Shown here: piece by piece, positions 49,826-64,000 of the stretch
How the letters are laid out: the number at the start of each line of letters is the position of its first letter
Numbering within the stretch: position 1 is the stretch's first letter
Source: the human T2T-CHM13v2.0 reference genome, Homo sapiens
Assembly (NCBI RefSeq): GCF_009914755.1
Contig: NC_060930.1
Direction: 5' to 3' (one strand)
DNA length: 64,000 nt
Program-made: the position numbers and the translations under genes
The notes under the pieces: model-generated
The model's database searches: none
Seen by the model: the letters and a program-made list of their open reading frames with translations, nothing else
What the model was told of the DNA's origin: nothing

Positions 49826-50125
49826 ATCCAGGCGGTTTTAATTAGAAGTTATAATTCCTAGCCCATGATGTTTTTGAAATTCAGTATGAATTTTTGCTTA
49901 GTTTGAATTCCATCTTATTACTGCACATTCCTGTGACATGACACATGTCCTTTAGGCTTTCTTACTAAATCAAACTGACAAGCCTCTAGACACCATGCTG
50001 AAGACAGACATTTCACCAATCTTATTTTTTCAGAATAATGACTCTATTATTTTTTTAAAAATAATACATTCTTATTATAAAGAACTGAAGACAGTTTGGG
50101 TGATCTTATGGAAACCTCCACTCAG

Positions 50126-50420
50126 TGCCAGGTGCGGTAGCTTACAGCTGTAATCCCAGTGCTTTGGGAGGCCAAGGGGAGAGACCGAGAGTTTGAGACC
50201 TACCTGGGCAACATAGTAAGACCCTGTCTGTACAAAAAAAAAAAAAAAAAAAAAGAAAAATTTAATTAGCTGGGTGTGGTGACGCACACCTGTAGTCCCA
50301 GCCTCAGCCTCATCGCTTGAACCCAGGAGGTTGAGACTGCAGTGAGCCATGATTGCAACACTGCACTCCAGCCCAGGCAACAGAGCGAGACCTTGTCTCT
50401 TAAAAACAAAAAACCAAAAA
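50126..50420 (+). repeat. AluJ with internal deletions and a micro-inversion
   Basis: Alu body carrying GCCTCAGCCTC where GAGGCTGAGGC is expected. Confidence 0.85.
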
Positions 50421-50929
50421 CCACCCAGAGATAACTACTAACATTAGGTGAACAGCATTCTAGGTATGTCTAAGGTATTTCTAGGTAGAATGCTAAATAG
50501 AAATGCTTATATTAAAATGCTATTTTAAAAAGAAAAGTTCTGAATCTAATTTTATGTGAATCTAACAGGAGAAAAAGAAACTGAAGTAGATGTTTCTTCC
50601 CCACAAAAATTAGTAGTTCCCAAAAGATCTCCCTGAAGTTAATATTATGAGAAACATTAAGAAACTAGAATTGTTCTTAATAAGGTTTCCTTTTTAGATG
50701 GCATAATCCAAGGCTCTAAAGATAAGGAAATAGCTTGCTCTTTCTCCTCAATTTGTTTATTCCTATATTGATTTTGTTTTTAAAGTCTATGCATTTCCTT
50801 CTGCTCTGAAACCTTAATTCTCACCACAGTCTTTTTTTCTTTCTTTTTGAAACAAAGTCTCACTATGTTGTTCTCACCAGCCTCAAAGAATCCTCCAGCC
50901 TTAGTTTCTCAAGTAGCTGGGACTTCATT

Positions 50930-51685
<756 letters not shown>

Positions 51686-52944
51686 TCATGAGTTCTGTAT
51701 TTTCTGCGTTAGGGAATGTTTCTGTGGTCTTTATAGTTGTGCACACCTTGGCTGAATAAAATATTCTTGCATCACACCTTCTTTTGCTCAGAATTTGGAT
51801 ATATTTCTCCATTGTCATCTGGTGTTGACTGTTGGTAGGGACAACACTGAGGCCAGCCGAAGAGTCCCATCTAAGAGGATACCCTCTAACGAGATATTCC
51901 CTTGGCTTTTTCTTTCTTTTTTTTCTTTCTTTTCTTCCTTTCTCTTTCTCTTTTTAAATCTATATGTCTGAATAGTTCTTTCTTGTTCTTTATCAGTTTT
52001 TCCTGGAACAAAGTGTGCTTTTTAGAGGTGCAATTCTATTCTTCATTCTAGGGAAGATGTCTTGTATTTTCTTGATGAATACTTTTTCTTTTTCATGTGT
52101 TAGGTTTTCTGTTTTAAATTCTATTTTTATTCTTTTTTTCATTGTCTTGATATTTTTTATACCTTTCATAGCTATCTCTCTTTTTAATGCATGTCTCTTT
52201 TCTCTTCATTCACCATGATTATCTCAGGCCTTTCCTTGATATCAGATTGATTTTTAGCCATATCTGTTCATTTTCTTGCTATTTCTCATGTATGAGTTTT
52301 GAAGAAGTGCCGTCAGTTTCTTTCCTTGTTATTTCATCTGTTTCAGCTTTGAGTGCCTACTTTCTTGAATTCATGTTTTTTTTACATTTTTCTATAGCTG
52401 AGACTACTACTGGGAATTTTTTTTCCTGTTCCTTGGATTACATTTTCTTCTGGACTTGGCTCTCATCAATCACATGCATGTTCCTTCCTTTCACTGTTTT
52501 CCTTTCATATGTTTGTGTATCTGCCATGTCATTTCTTTTATATGTTTTGTACTTCTGCCTCTGGCCAGACGTTTTGTTTGCTTCTGTAAAATATGAGTAC
52601 ATTATTAATTCCAAAAGTATCTGTAGCCACTACTTAGATTTAACAAATGTTAACATTTTACTGTATTTTAAAAGCATTGCTTCATGCAACCCATTTAGTA
52701 CTTGCCATGAAACGCCCCCATCTTTACTCTGTTGTAACTGAGGTATCTCCTCAACAGGTAAACAACTGAAACTGTACTTCCCTTCCTGACCTCCAGTTGA
52801 CTTTCCCTTTCTTCACTCTGTGCTAATCAGGAGCTAAGATTTTCTTAACCACCTACCATTTTCTATCTTCACTTTTTTTTTTTTAATCCTTATTTTTCAC
52901 CCCCACTAAGGAAAATTACTGAGAACCAAGTTAGCAAAAACCTA

Positions 52945-53330
<386 letters not shown>

Positions 53331-54811
53331 TCAGGCACATACCCAGACACAGAGCCACTTGCTCTTCAGGAGCCCACCCACCAACGTGGAGGCCTGGGGA
53401 CTTGGGAACCCGAAGCCTCATTACAAATCCCAGCTCTGGCATACCAGGAGAGTGACTTTGGAGGGTTCTGCCAATCCCTCTGCTCCTTGGTTTCCTCACC
53501 CCTAAATCAATGCAGCAAATAAATGCCATCTTCAAGGGGTCAGCGTAAAGATACGTGAGACGGTGTGGACGAAGTGCCCAGCTCTGTCCCAGCACAGAGC
53601 AGATACTTGACGCTGGGCTGCTGTCCCCTTTCCCTCTTATCATCAGCCTCCATCCCCCAGTGTTTGCTTCTGCCCTCCTCTGTGGACAGCCCTCCTCCAA
53701 GCCACCAATGGCAGAGCTGGACTAGACCCAGAAGATTCTCTGACCACCCCCTTCTTCCTTATGAATAGGGAAGAAGCTGAGGCCCATAGCTGGTGGCTGA
53801 ATGAGGAGAACTCACCCAGTTTTCTCTTCAGTGTGTGGAAACACCATCCGCGTCTGCTGCCTGACCCCCTCATAGTCCTCTCCTTACCCCATTCCATCCT
53901 GAACCCTCTGTAAAAATCACCCAGAGGATATCCACACAGCCCCAAGCTTAACCCTTATCCTCTTTGCTGACAACTCCCAGCATTCAATGCTTTTCTTCAC
54001 CTGTTTGGCCTAGGTTTGAGGGATGAGGACACAGCTCATTCATTTGGTTGCACCCATGCCTAGTTCCTTCTAGAGGCTGGGCCCTGAGGTGCTCTCTGGA
54101 GGTGCTCTGTTTCCCTCCTGCCATCTGGTTCCCTCAGGCAGCTCACAGGAGTGGAGGCAGCCACATTCTCCTTCCACTAACACAGATCCCTTTTTGGCTG
54201 AGGACAAAACTGAGGCTGTACAGCCCTAACTGCATGCTCAGGAGGCCTCGGAGAGAACTGTCCTGGCCCAGAAGATACTGCTCAGCTCCCAGCCACCCCA
54301 CACCCTCTGTGCCTGCCAGTCTCCAGGCATCCCAAGTCCAGAGCAGAGCAAAGCATCAAGGGCTGTGCGTGATGGGCTTTTGTCCAGATGTCCAACTTTG
54401 GGCCAGAAAGGAAGATGGTCCCGGCCCCCTAAGGTTTTATAATCTTGTTGAGACACAGGGGCAAGTGTAAGGTGCATTGTAAGAGCTACATATTGGGAAG
54501 TAAGATGCTAAGAATTAAACCAAAAAATGATACAAAATGATTCCGAACAGAGATATAGAAAGTCACCTTAAGAAATGATTCCAAGATTCAGTGGTCAGAA
54601 TGGAGCTACAGCACAGAGGAATGTTAAAGACAGTGCCCATCAGAAGACGGGGACGGTGGCCACCAATGGAAGCCCAGAAAGGGGAAACCTCATGGGCAGA
54701 GGCTGGCAGTGGCCATCTGATTGGGAGACAGTACCCCGGGGTGGTTGGCTTCAGTGTCCTGGCCCTGGCCAGGCCTACTCTTGTTGGACGGATGGTGCCA
54801 CAGGCAGCGAT

Positions 54812-54867
54812 GCCTCAGATTCTATAGCAAGCCTCAGATTCAACAAGCCTCAGATTCTATAGCAAGC
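54812..54867. repeat. Short tandem array of 19-, 16- and 19-bp units
   Basis: GCCTCAGATTCTATAGCAA / GCCTCAGATTCAACAA / GCCTCAGATTCTATAGCAA. Confidence 0.9.
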
Positions 54868-54917
54868 AGAACTTTCCTCTGCCTTCCTGCTCACCAGGCA
54901 ACCTTCTAATAAGTTGG

Positions 54918-55272
54918 TATCTTGTCTGTTTGGGCTGCTATAACAAAATTCCATAAACTAATTACTTATAAACAACATAAATTTATTTCTCACAGTTCTG
55001 GAGGCCAGAGATCCAGGCACCAGCAGATGCGATGTCTGGTGAGGGCCTGCGTTCTGGTTGATAGATGGCAATCTCCTCACCGTGTCCTCACATTGCAGAA
55101 GGGGAGTGGCAGCTCTCTGGGGTCTCTTTTATAAGGGCACAAATCCCATCTATGGGGGCTCTGCCCTCATGACCTAATCACCTCCCAAGGGCCCCTCCTG
55201 TTAGTACCATCACCTTGGAGATGGGGTTTCAACATATGAATTATGGAGGGATGCAAACATTTAGACTAAACA
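54918..55272 (-). mobile_element. MaLR solo LTR (MLT1A-like)
   Basis: TTTGGGCTGCTATAACAAAA...TTTATTTCTCACAGTTCTGGAGG...CCCTCATGACCTAATCACCTCCCAA. Confidence 0.75.
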
Positions 55273-56515
55273 GTTGGCTTCCCACACAGTGTGCCTCTGG
55301 GAGAGAAGTGTAATCTGCACCCCGACATTCCTGCGGATGGAGTCATCAGTCTCTTGCATGGTGGTGCTGACAGGATCGCTCACCTCCAGGCTCTCAGCAG
55401 TGATCCTGTGACGCAAGGGCTGGCCCTGCACTGGGGTTGATCTTCCCACTTCCAGGCCCCCTTTTCAGGCCTCCTGGGAACCAGCCACCCCCAGCCCCCC
55501 ACTCCTGTTGAACCCCAGCCATAATCCCAACCCTGATCTTCCTCTCTGGATTTCAAAGCTTCATCCATGCTGAGCTGCAAGGGGAATGGACAGAACTGGA
55601 AACTGGGGCAGACTGGAGTTGCCAGCCTAGGCTGGGCTGTGAGCTCCATAGAGCAGATGCCGGGCCATCCTGCCCCGGCTCTAAGCCCAGCCCCAGGCCA
55701 GGGCCGGCACCTGGTAGGCTCTTCATGAGTGCTTCCTGAATGAATGCTGCAGAATGAAAATCCACCCAGAGGAGGCCAGGCCTGAACTGGGCCCGGAAGG
55801 ATCTGAGTGGATTGAAGTATGTGGAGGAGGGTCAGGAAGCAAAAACATTCCAGAATGAGGGCATGGGGGCTTCCCATCAAAAATGAAGGCACAGAGGTAG
55901 GAAGAGTGGGATGTGTGCAGAGGACCAGAAGGAGGTTGGCTCAGTGGAGGCTGAGAGAGGATGCTGGGAAACACAGGCAGTCATAAGGTAGGGCCCGATG
56001 GTGGGGGCCTGAGGCCCAGCAAGGGGCTGAGCTCTGATGCTCCGGGCAATGGGAGCCGTGCTGGGTTCCTGAGTGGGAAAGACACAGGATGAAAGTGATA
56101 TTCCAGAGTCATCAGCCCAGCTGGCTGGGCTGACAGGTGCCAGGGGAGGAGTGGGTGTGGGGTCAGGGGTGGTGGCACAAGAAACTTGGGCTGGGTAGGC
56201 ACCTAGGAGGCTACCGAGTCACCTGGGCATGGGGTCATGGGACCGTCCACCATGGTGGGAAATGAAGACATTAGGAGAGGCGTGTGGAGATATATACAAA
56301 AAGATTGCTGCAGCATCATTTGTATCAGCAAAAAAACAGAAACAAGGAAAAGGAAGAGCCCCTATGTCCAACAGTAGGAAAATGGATAAACAGGCAGCCG
56401 CATATTGATACGACGGAACACAGCAGGGAGAATGAGTGGCGTACATCTGCATGCCTCGACATCAACAAATCTCAAAAACGAAGAAAGGAAAAAAACAAGG
56501 TTTAGCAGGGTCTAG

Positions 56516-56709
56516 GCTGCGCTGTTCAATGTGGTAGCCATTAGCTACACACGGCTATTTAAACTTCAACTAAAATTCAAAATGCCATTCTTCAGTCACA
56601 CTAGCTGCATTTCAAGTGCTCAAAAGCCATGTGCCGTCTGTGGCTGCTGTATTGGACGGCAGACAGAGAACATTTCCAGCATCACAGAGAGTTCTGTTGG
56701 ACAACACTG
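56516..56709. mobile_element. MER3-like hAT DNA transposon fossil
   Basis: GCGCTGTTCAATGTGGTAGCCA...ATTTCAAGTGCTCAA...GTTCTGTTGGACAACACTG. Confidence 0.7.
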
Positions 56710-57312
56710 ATGTTTTGAAACACGTAAAACAACATTACCTATTGTGTATGGATACAGAAGAGGCTCACAGGGTTTCCATGAACAGGTGTCGCCTCAGTTG
56801 GCGGCGGAGCTGACAGCGGGATGGTGTTGAGGGGTGGTCAGGGTGGTGGGAACAGGGGAGGCAAGGCTGTAGCTCCGAATACAAAAGGGCAGAGGCAGGG
56901 AGCCGCTCGACAATCCAGGAAGTGCCAGGGACTGCGATGGGGATGGGAGACACTTCTAGTCTCTGTGAGGATCCCAGACATAAGCCCTGTAATGACAGCA
57001 AAGATTAGCCTTTAGGTGGGGCCATTCCCAAATTGTCCACCTCATGATGACTTCCCAACAAGGCTGGGCAAAAGGAGTCTTGGAAAGGGTCAGACCTGCC
57101 CAGGTGGTTGGTCCATGACAAGCTGCAGACCTCACATCTAGGACTTGCCTCAAACAAAGTGAGGGCTAAGGAGAAGGGCAGAGAAGCAGAAGCAGAGAAA
57201 CCAGAGGAGGAGCAATACCACAATTCAGATCGAGACCACAGAAGCAATTCAGGAGAGAGGGAAAAGAAAAGGAGGCGGGTTGGGCGCAGCTGTCTCAGAA
57301 ATACAGGTGTGA

Positions 57313-57605
57313 GGCCGGGCATGGTGGCTCACATCTGTAATCCCAGCACCCTTGGGAGCCCAAGGCAGGAGAATCACTTGAGCCCAGGAGTTCCAGATCA
57401 GCCTGCAAAACCCCATCTCTTCAAAAAATACAAAAATTAGTTGGGTGTGGTACACACCTGTAGTCCCAGCCATTTGGGAAGCTCAGGCAGGAGAATTGCT
57501 TGAGCTGGGGAGGACAAGGCTGCAGTGAGCTGAGACTGCACGAAAGCACTCCAGCCCAGGTGACAGAGCAAAACCCTGCCAAAAGAGCAAAGAAAGAAAG
57601 AACAA
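57313..57605 (+). repeat. AluJ element whose tail hosts the SVA insertion
   Basis: Diverged Alu ending in an A-rich tail directly before the SVA hexamers. Confidence 0.85.
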
Positions 57606-57608
57606 ACC

Positions 57609-59076
57609 ACTCTCACTCTCACTCTCACTCTGCCTCTCCCTCTCCCCACGGTCTCCCTCTCCCTCTCTTTCCACGGTCTCCCTCTGATGCCGAGCCGAAG
57701 CTGGACTGTACTGCCGCCATCTCTGCTCACTGCAACCTCCCTGCCTGATTCTCCTGCCTCAGCCTGCCGAGTGCCTGCAATTGCAGGCGCGCGCCGCCAC
57801 ACCTGACTGGTTTTAGTATTTTTTTGGTGGAGACGGGGTTTCACTGTGTTGGCCGGGCTAGTCTCCAGCTCCTAACCGCGAGTGATCTGCCAGCCTCGGC
57901 CTCCCGAGGTGCCGGGATTGCAGATGGAGTCTCATTCACTCAGTGCTCAATGTTGCCCAGGCTGGAGTGCAGTGGCGTGATCTCGGCTCGCTACAACCTC
58001 CACTTCCCAGCTGCCTGCCTTGGCCCCCCAAAGTGCCGAGATTGCAGCCTCTGCCCGGCCGCCACCCCGTCTGGGAAGTGAGGAGCGTCTCTGCCTGGCC
58101 ACCCATCGTCTGGGATGTGAGGAGCCCCTCTGCCTGGCTGCCCAGTCTGGGAAGTGAGGAGCGCCTCTTCCCAGCCGCCATCCCGTCTAGGAAGTGAGGA
58201 GCGTCTCTGCCCGGCCGCCCATTGTCTGAGATGTGGGGAGCGCCTCTGCCCCGCCGCCCAGTCTGGGATGTGAGGAGCGCCTCTGCCCAGCCACGACCCC
58301 GTCTGGGAGGTGAGGAGCGTCTCTGCCCGGCAGCCGCCCCGTCTGAGAAGTGAGGAGCCCCTCCGCCCGGCAGCCGCCCCGTCTGGGAAGTGAGGAGCGT
58401 CTCCGCCCGGCCAGCCGCCCCGTCCGGGAGGTGGGGGGCGCCTCCGCCCGGCCGCCGCCCCATCCGGGAGGTGGGGGGCGCCTCTGCCCGGCCGCCCCTT
58501 CTGGGAAGTGAGGAGCCCCTCTGCCCCGCCGCCACCCCTTCTGGGAGGTGTACCCAACAGCTCATTGAGAACGGGCCATGATGACAATGGTGGTTTTGTC
58601 GAATAGAAAAGGGGGAAATGTGGGGAAAAGAAAGAGAGATCAGGTTGTTACTGTGTCTGTGTAGAAAGAAGTAGACATGGGAGACTCCATTTTGTTCTGT
58701 ACTAAGAAAAATTCTTCTGCCTTGGGATGCTGTTGATCTATGACCTTACCCCCAACCCGGTGCTCTCTGAAACATGTGCTGTGTCCACTCAGGGTTAAAT
58801 GGATTAAGGGCGGTGCAAGATGTGCTTTGTTAAACAGATGCTTGAAGGCAGCATGCTCGTTAAGAGTCATCACCACTCCCTAATCTCAAGTACCCAGGGA
58901 CACAAACACTGCGGAAGACCCCAGGGTCCTCTGCCTAGGAAAACCAGAGACCTTTGTTCACTTGTTTATCTGCTGACCTTCCCTCCACTATTGTCCTATG
59001 ACCCTGCCAAATCCCCCTCTGCGAGAAACACCCAAGAATGATCAATTAAAAAAAGAAAAAAAAGAAAAAGAAAAAA
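57609..59076 (+). mobile_element. Near full-length SVA retrotransposon (older subfamily, B/C/D-like; short VNTR)
   Basis: Short CACTCT/CCCTCT hexamers, antisense Alu-like region (57690-58040), GC-rich VNTR (~58040-58545), SINE-R (58545-59045), poly(A). Confidence 0.95.
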
Positions 59077-59104
59077 CACCCTAGAGAAAGAACATAGCAC
59101 TAGT

Positions 59105-59380
59105 CCCAGCATGGTGACTCATGCCTGTAATCCCACACTTTGGGAGGCTGAGGCAGGAGGGTAACTTGAGCCCAGAAGTTCAAGACCAGCCTGGGCAACA
59201 TAGCAAAACCCCATCTCTATAATTTTTTTTTAAAAAATTAGCTGGGCATAATGATGAATGTCTCTAATCCTGCCTAACTGGGAGGCTGAGCCCAGGAGTT
59301 GAAGGCTGCAGTGAGCCATGATCACACCCCTGTACTCTAGCCTGGGTAACAGAGTGAAATCTCGTCTCAAAAACAAAATG
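59105..59380 (+). repeat. AluJ element
   Basis: Diverged Alu directly after the SVA. Confidence 0.85.
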
Positions 59381-60089
59381 AAACACAAACCACATAGCAC
59401 CTTTGGCTACAGAGGATTCTATCAGATACAATACCACCGAAATAAGCAGGCAATAAAAAATTATAAAACACAAAAGGATATCCTCTAGTATGAGAATTAA
59501 TAGACACAATAGGATGGCTAAAACCAAGAATTTCAGATAAAACAAAATCTAAAAAAACAATATAAAAGTAAGCCTAGGACAATTTAAAAATAAAGAGAAC
59601 TGTTTAAAACTAGAGAGAAAGACTTTGAAAAAAATATTTAAAGTTACTAAAGGTATGCCTAGAAACAAATCACTGAAATTTACAATTCAATCATTTTGTA
59701 ACCACCAGGTCATCAGAAGTTAGAAAAAATGGCAATAACAAGTGTTGCTAAGGATATGGAGCAATGAGAACTCACTTCACACACTCCTGGCTAGGGGTGC
59801 GATTTGGAAAAACACGCATCACCTAGTAAGTTGAAGGTGCCCATAACCTCTTATCCCCGCACAATTCTGCTTTTGTGCATTTAGATAAATACCCTAGAGA
59901 CTCTTGCCCTTGTGTAGTAAGAGCTGCACAAGAATTTTTATAAAAGTGTAATCATTCAGAACTGGCTTCAGCACTAAAGAAGAAAGGTATAATCAACAAG
60001 AAATTTTAAAGAATGTAGTATAGTCACACAATGCAATACTGTATAGCAAGGGAAAAGAATAAAGATACCAATTTAGATGCATCTCAGGA

Positions 60090-61021
<932 letters not shown>

Positions 61022-62195
61022 TCAGCCTGGGTGCAGGGGAAGAGGCACCTGCCTAGTGGGTGTAAGGAATGGAGGGCTGGTACTTTCTTCTCCATGACCC
61101 CCTTGCTCAGAACGACCTATTTTCAGCATTTTGTGCAGACTGGCTTCCATCCATGCACCTTAGGCATTGTTCTCTGATGCTATCTGAGGCACTTGTCTGT
61201 CCTGTAAAATAGTCTCTGCATTTTTCAGATGACTGCTACCCCTGGTTTGGAGTTTGCTGTGATAGAACTAAAGTAAAATTTCTTAGTGACTCCACTGTTG
61301 CCGTGCCGTCAAGCATCTGGGACTGGAAAAGCCGGGTTGCTCGGGTGGTTTGGATTCAGTGCGGCTGATCTTTTGTTTCCATGAGAACACAGAATGTGGC
61401 CAACCAGCAATCTGGTCTGACCTTGATGCCTAAATTCTAATGAAAGAGCAAGTTGAACTATAATGGTGAGAATGGAAACTAAGAACATTCTATCCAAAAT
61501 GTTTGAGAAAGCCTTGTGACCAAAGGTGAGTGACTCAGAGTTTCTCTAAGACCCTGAAATGGGTGATAACGTCATGTCTAACCTTGGGAATTGGCTGAGT
61601 AAATCTCAGTACAGCTGCTCTATGGAAGGTTTGCAAACCTTGTAAGTGGTGGTTATAAAGATATGGAGCAAGTTGGAGAAATTATTTATAATAAATTATC
61701 TGGGGAAAAAAGTCAGGACTCAATATGGTGCAGGTGCGGTTGTTTCATTAAGGCAAGAAGATGCTAAGATTGCTTCTCAAACTGTCAGTGGTGATTGACC
61801 AGTTTGATTTTATAAAATTTCCAATCCATCCCAAATGTAAAGTTTTGTAAAATATCGTAAAAATAAATGATTAAATGCATATCCATCAAAGGACTTGTAT
61901 CTAAAATACATAAAGAACTCTCAAAACTCAACAGAAAAAAAATCCAAATAGAACTAGAAGACACGAACAGACAGTCCACCAAAGAGGATATGTGGGTTGC
62001 AGAAAACACAGGAAAAGATGTTCAAAATCATTACCTATTAGGAAAATGAATGTCCATTTCCTGGTTTGGGTATTGTATTATTGTTATATAAGATGTCATC
62101 ATTGGAAGAATCTGGGTAAACGGCTCATGGGATTTTAGGTACTTTTTTTGTGATTTCCTGTGAGTCTATTATTATTTCAAAATAAAAAGTTATCA

Positions 62196-62636
<441 letters not shown>

Positions 62637-62778
62637 TCACCACAATCCAGTTTTAGAACATTTCAGTTACCCCAGAAAGCTTCCACATACCCACCCACAG
62701 CCCCAGGCAACCACTACTTTATAGATTTGCCTTCCTGACTTTATATAAATGGATTCATACAATATATAATCTTTTGGC

Positions 62779-64000
62779 TTTTTTTTTTTTTTTTTTTAAT
62801 TGATCATTCTTGGGTGTTTCTCGCAGAGGGGGATTTGGCAGGGTCATAGGACAATAGTGGAGGGAAGGTCAGCAGATAAACAAGTGAACAAAGGTCTCTG
62901 GTTTTCCTAGGCAGAGGACCCTGCGGCCTTCCGCAGTGTTTGTGTCCCTGGGTACTTAAGATTAGGGAGTGGTGATGACTCTTAACGAGCATGCTGCCTT
63001 CAAGCATCTGTTTAACAAAGCACATCTTGCACCGCCCTTAATCCATTTAACCCTGAGTGGACACAGCACATGTTTCAGAGAGCACAGGGTTGGGGATAAG
63101 GTCACAGATCAACAGGATCCCAAGGCAGAAGAATTTTTCTTAGTACAGAACAAAATGAAAAGTCTCCCATGTCTACTTCCATCCACACAGACCCGGCAAC
63201 CATCCGACTTCTCAACTTTTTTCCCCACCCTTCCCGCCTCTCTATTCCACAAAACCGCCATTGTCATCATGGCCCATCCCCAATGAGCCGCTGGGCACAC
63301 CTCCCAGACGGGGTCGTGGCCGGGCAGAGGGGCTCCTCACTTCCCAGTAGGGGCGGCCGGGCAGAAGCGCCCCTCACCTCCCGGACGGGGCGGCTGGCCG
63401 GGCAGAGGGGTCCTCACTTCCCAGTAGGGGCGGCCGGGCAGAGGCGCCCCTCACCTCCCGGACGGGGCGGCCGGCCGGGCGGGGGGCTGACCCCCCCACC
63501 TCCCTCCCGGACAGGGCGGCTGGCCGACCCCCCCCCCCCCCCCCGCCTCCCTCCCGGACGGGGCGGCTGGCCGGGCAGAGGGGCTCCTCACTTCCCAGTA
63601 GGGGCGGCCGGGCAGAGGCGCCCCTCACCTCCCGGACGGGGCGGCTGGCCAGGTGGGGGGCTGACCCCCCCCACCTCCCTCCCGGACGGGGCGGCTGGCC
63701 GGGCGGGGGGCTGACCCCTCCACCTCCCTCCCGGATGGGGCGGCTGGCCGGGCGGGGGGCTGACCCCCCCACCTCCCTCCCGGACGGGGCGGCTGGCCGG
63801 GCAGAGGGGCTGACCCCTCCACCTCCCTCCCGGATGGGGCGGCTGGCCAGGCGGGGGGCTGACCCCCCCACCTCCCTCCCGGACGGGGCGGCTGGCCGGG
63901 CGGGGGGCTGACCCCCCCACCTCCCTCCCGGACGGGGCGGCTGGCCAGGCAGAGGGGCTCCTCACTTCCCAGTAGGGGCGGCCGGGCAGAGGCGCCCCTC
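62779..64000 (-). mobile_element. SVA retrotransposon (young, SVA_E-like), truncated by the window edge
   Basis: Pure T-tail, antisense SINE-R (62798-63300), long CpG-rich VNTR running to the window end. Confidence 0.95.

Noticed and set aside
52187-52741. 184-aa hydrophobic ORF resembling a membrane protein
   Set aside because: T-rich low-complexity (probably old L1-derived) DNA produces Phe/Leu/Ser-rich frames; no splice or promoter support
54812-54867. Repeat-spacer-like pattern suggestive of CRISPR
   Set aside because: Units are directly tandem without unique spacers, the context is eukaryotic, and there are no cas genes

Overview
Hominid (almost certainly human) genomic DNA, not a prokaryotic window. 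It holds one complete + strand protein-coding gene, C6orf89 (BRAP). The gene has a CpG-island promoter near 2.4-2.9 kb, two 5' exons and seven coding exons (16064-40064), which join into a 1044-nt ORF (347 aa + stop) for a predicted type II membrane protein. A ~5.5 kb 3' UTR follows, ending near 45.6 kb. The rest is repeat-rich: an ERV1 (MER57A-like) env remnant and LTR just upstream of the promoter, ~40 Alu copies, L1/L2/MIR/MaLR/DNA-transposon fossils, and two convergent SVAs at the right end. I see no evidence for a wholly new gene system. The best leads are: (1) an AUG built by splicing (exon 1 ends ...CAT, acceptor exons start with G), giving either a 7-aa N-terminal extension or a uORF depending on the exon used; (2) degenerate JmjC/cupin-like motifs in the lumenal part of C6orf89; (3) several local template-switch scars, including an inverted ~87-bp copy pasted into an Alu; (4) an inverted SVA pair with a probably human-specific SVA_E. 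Repeat boundaries and subfamily names are by-eye estimates.
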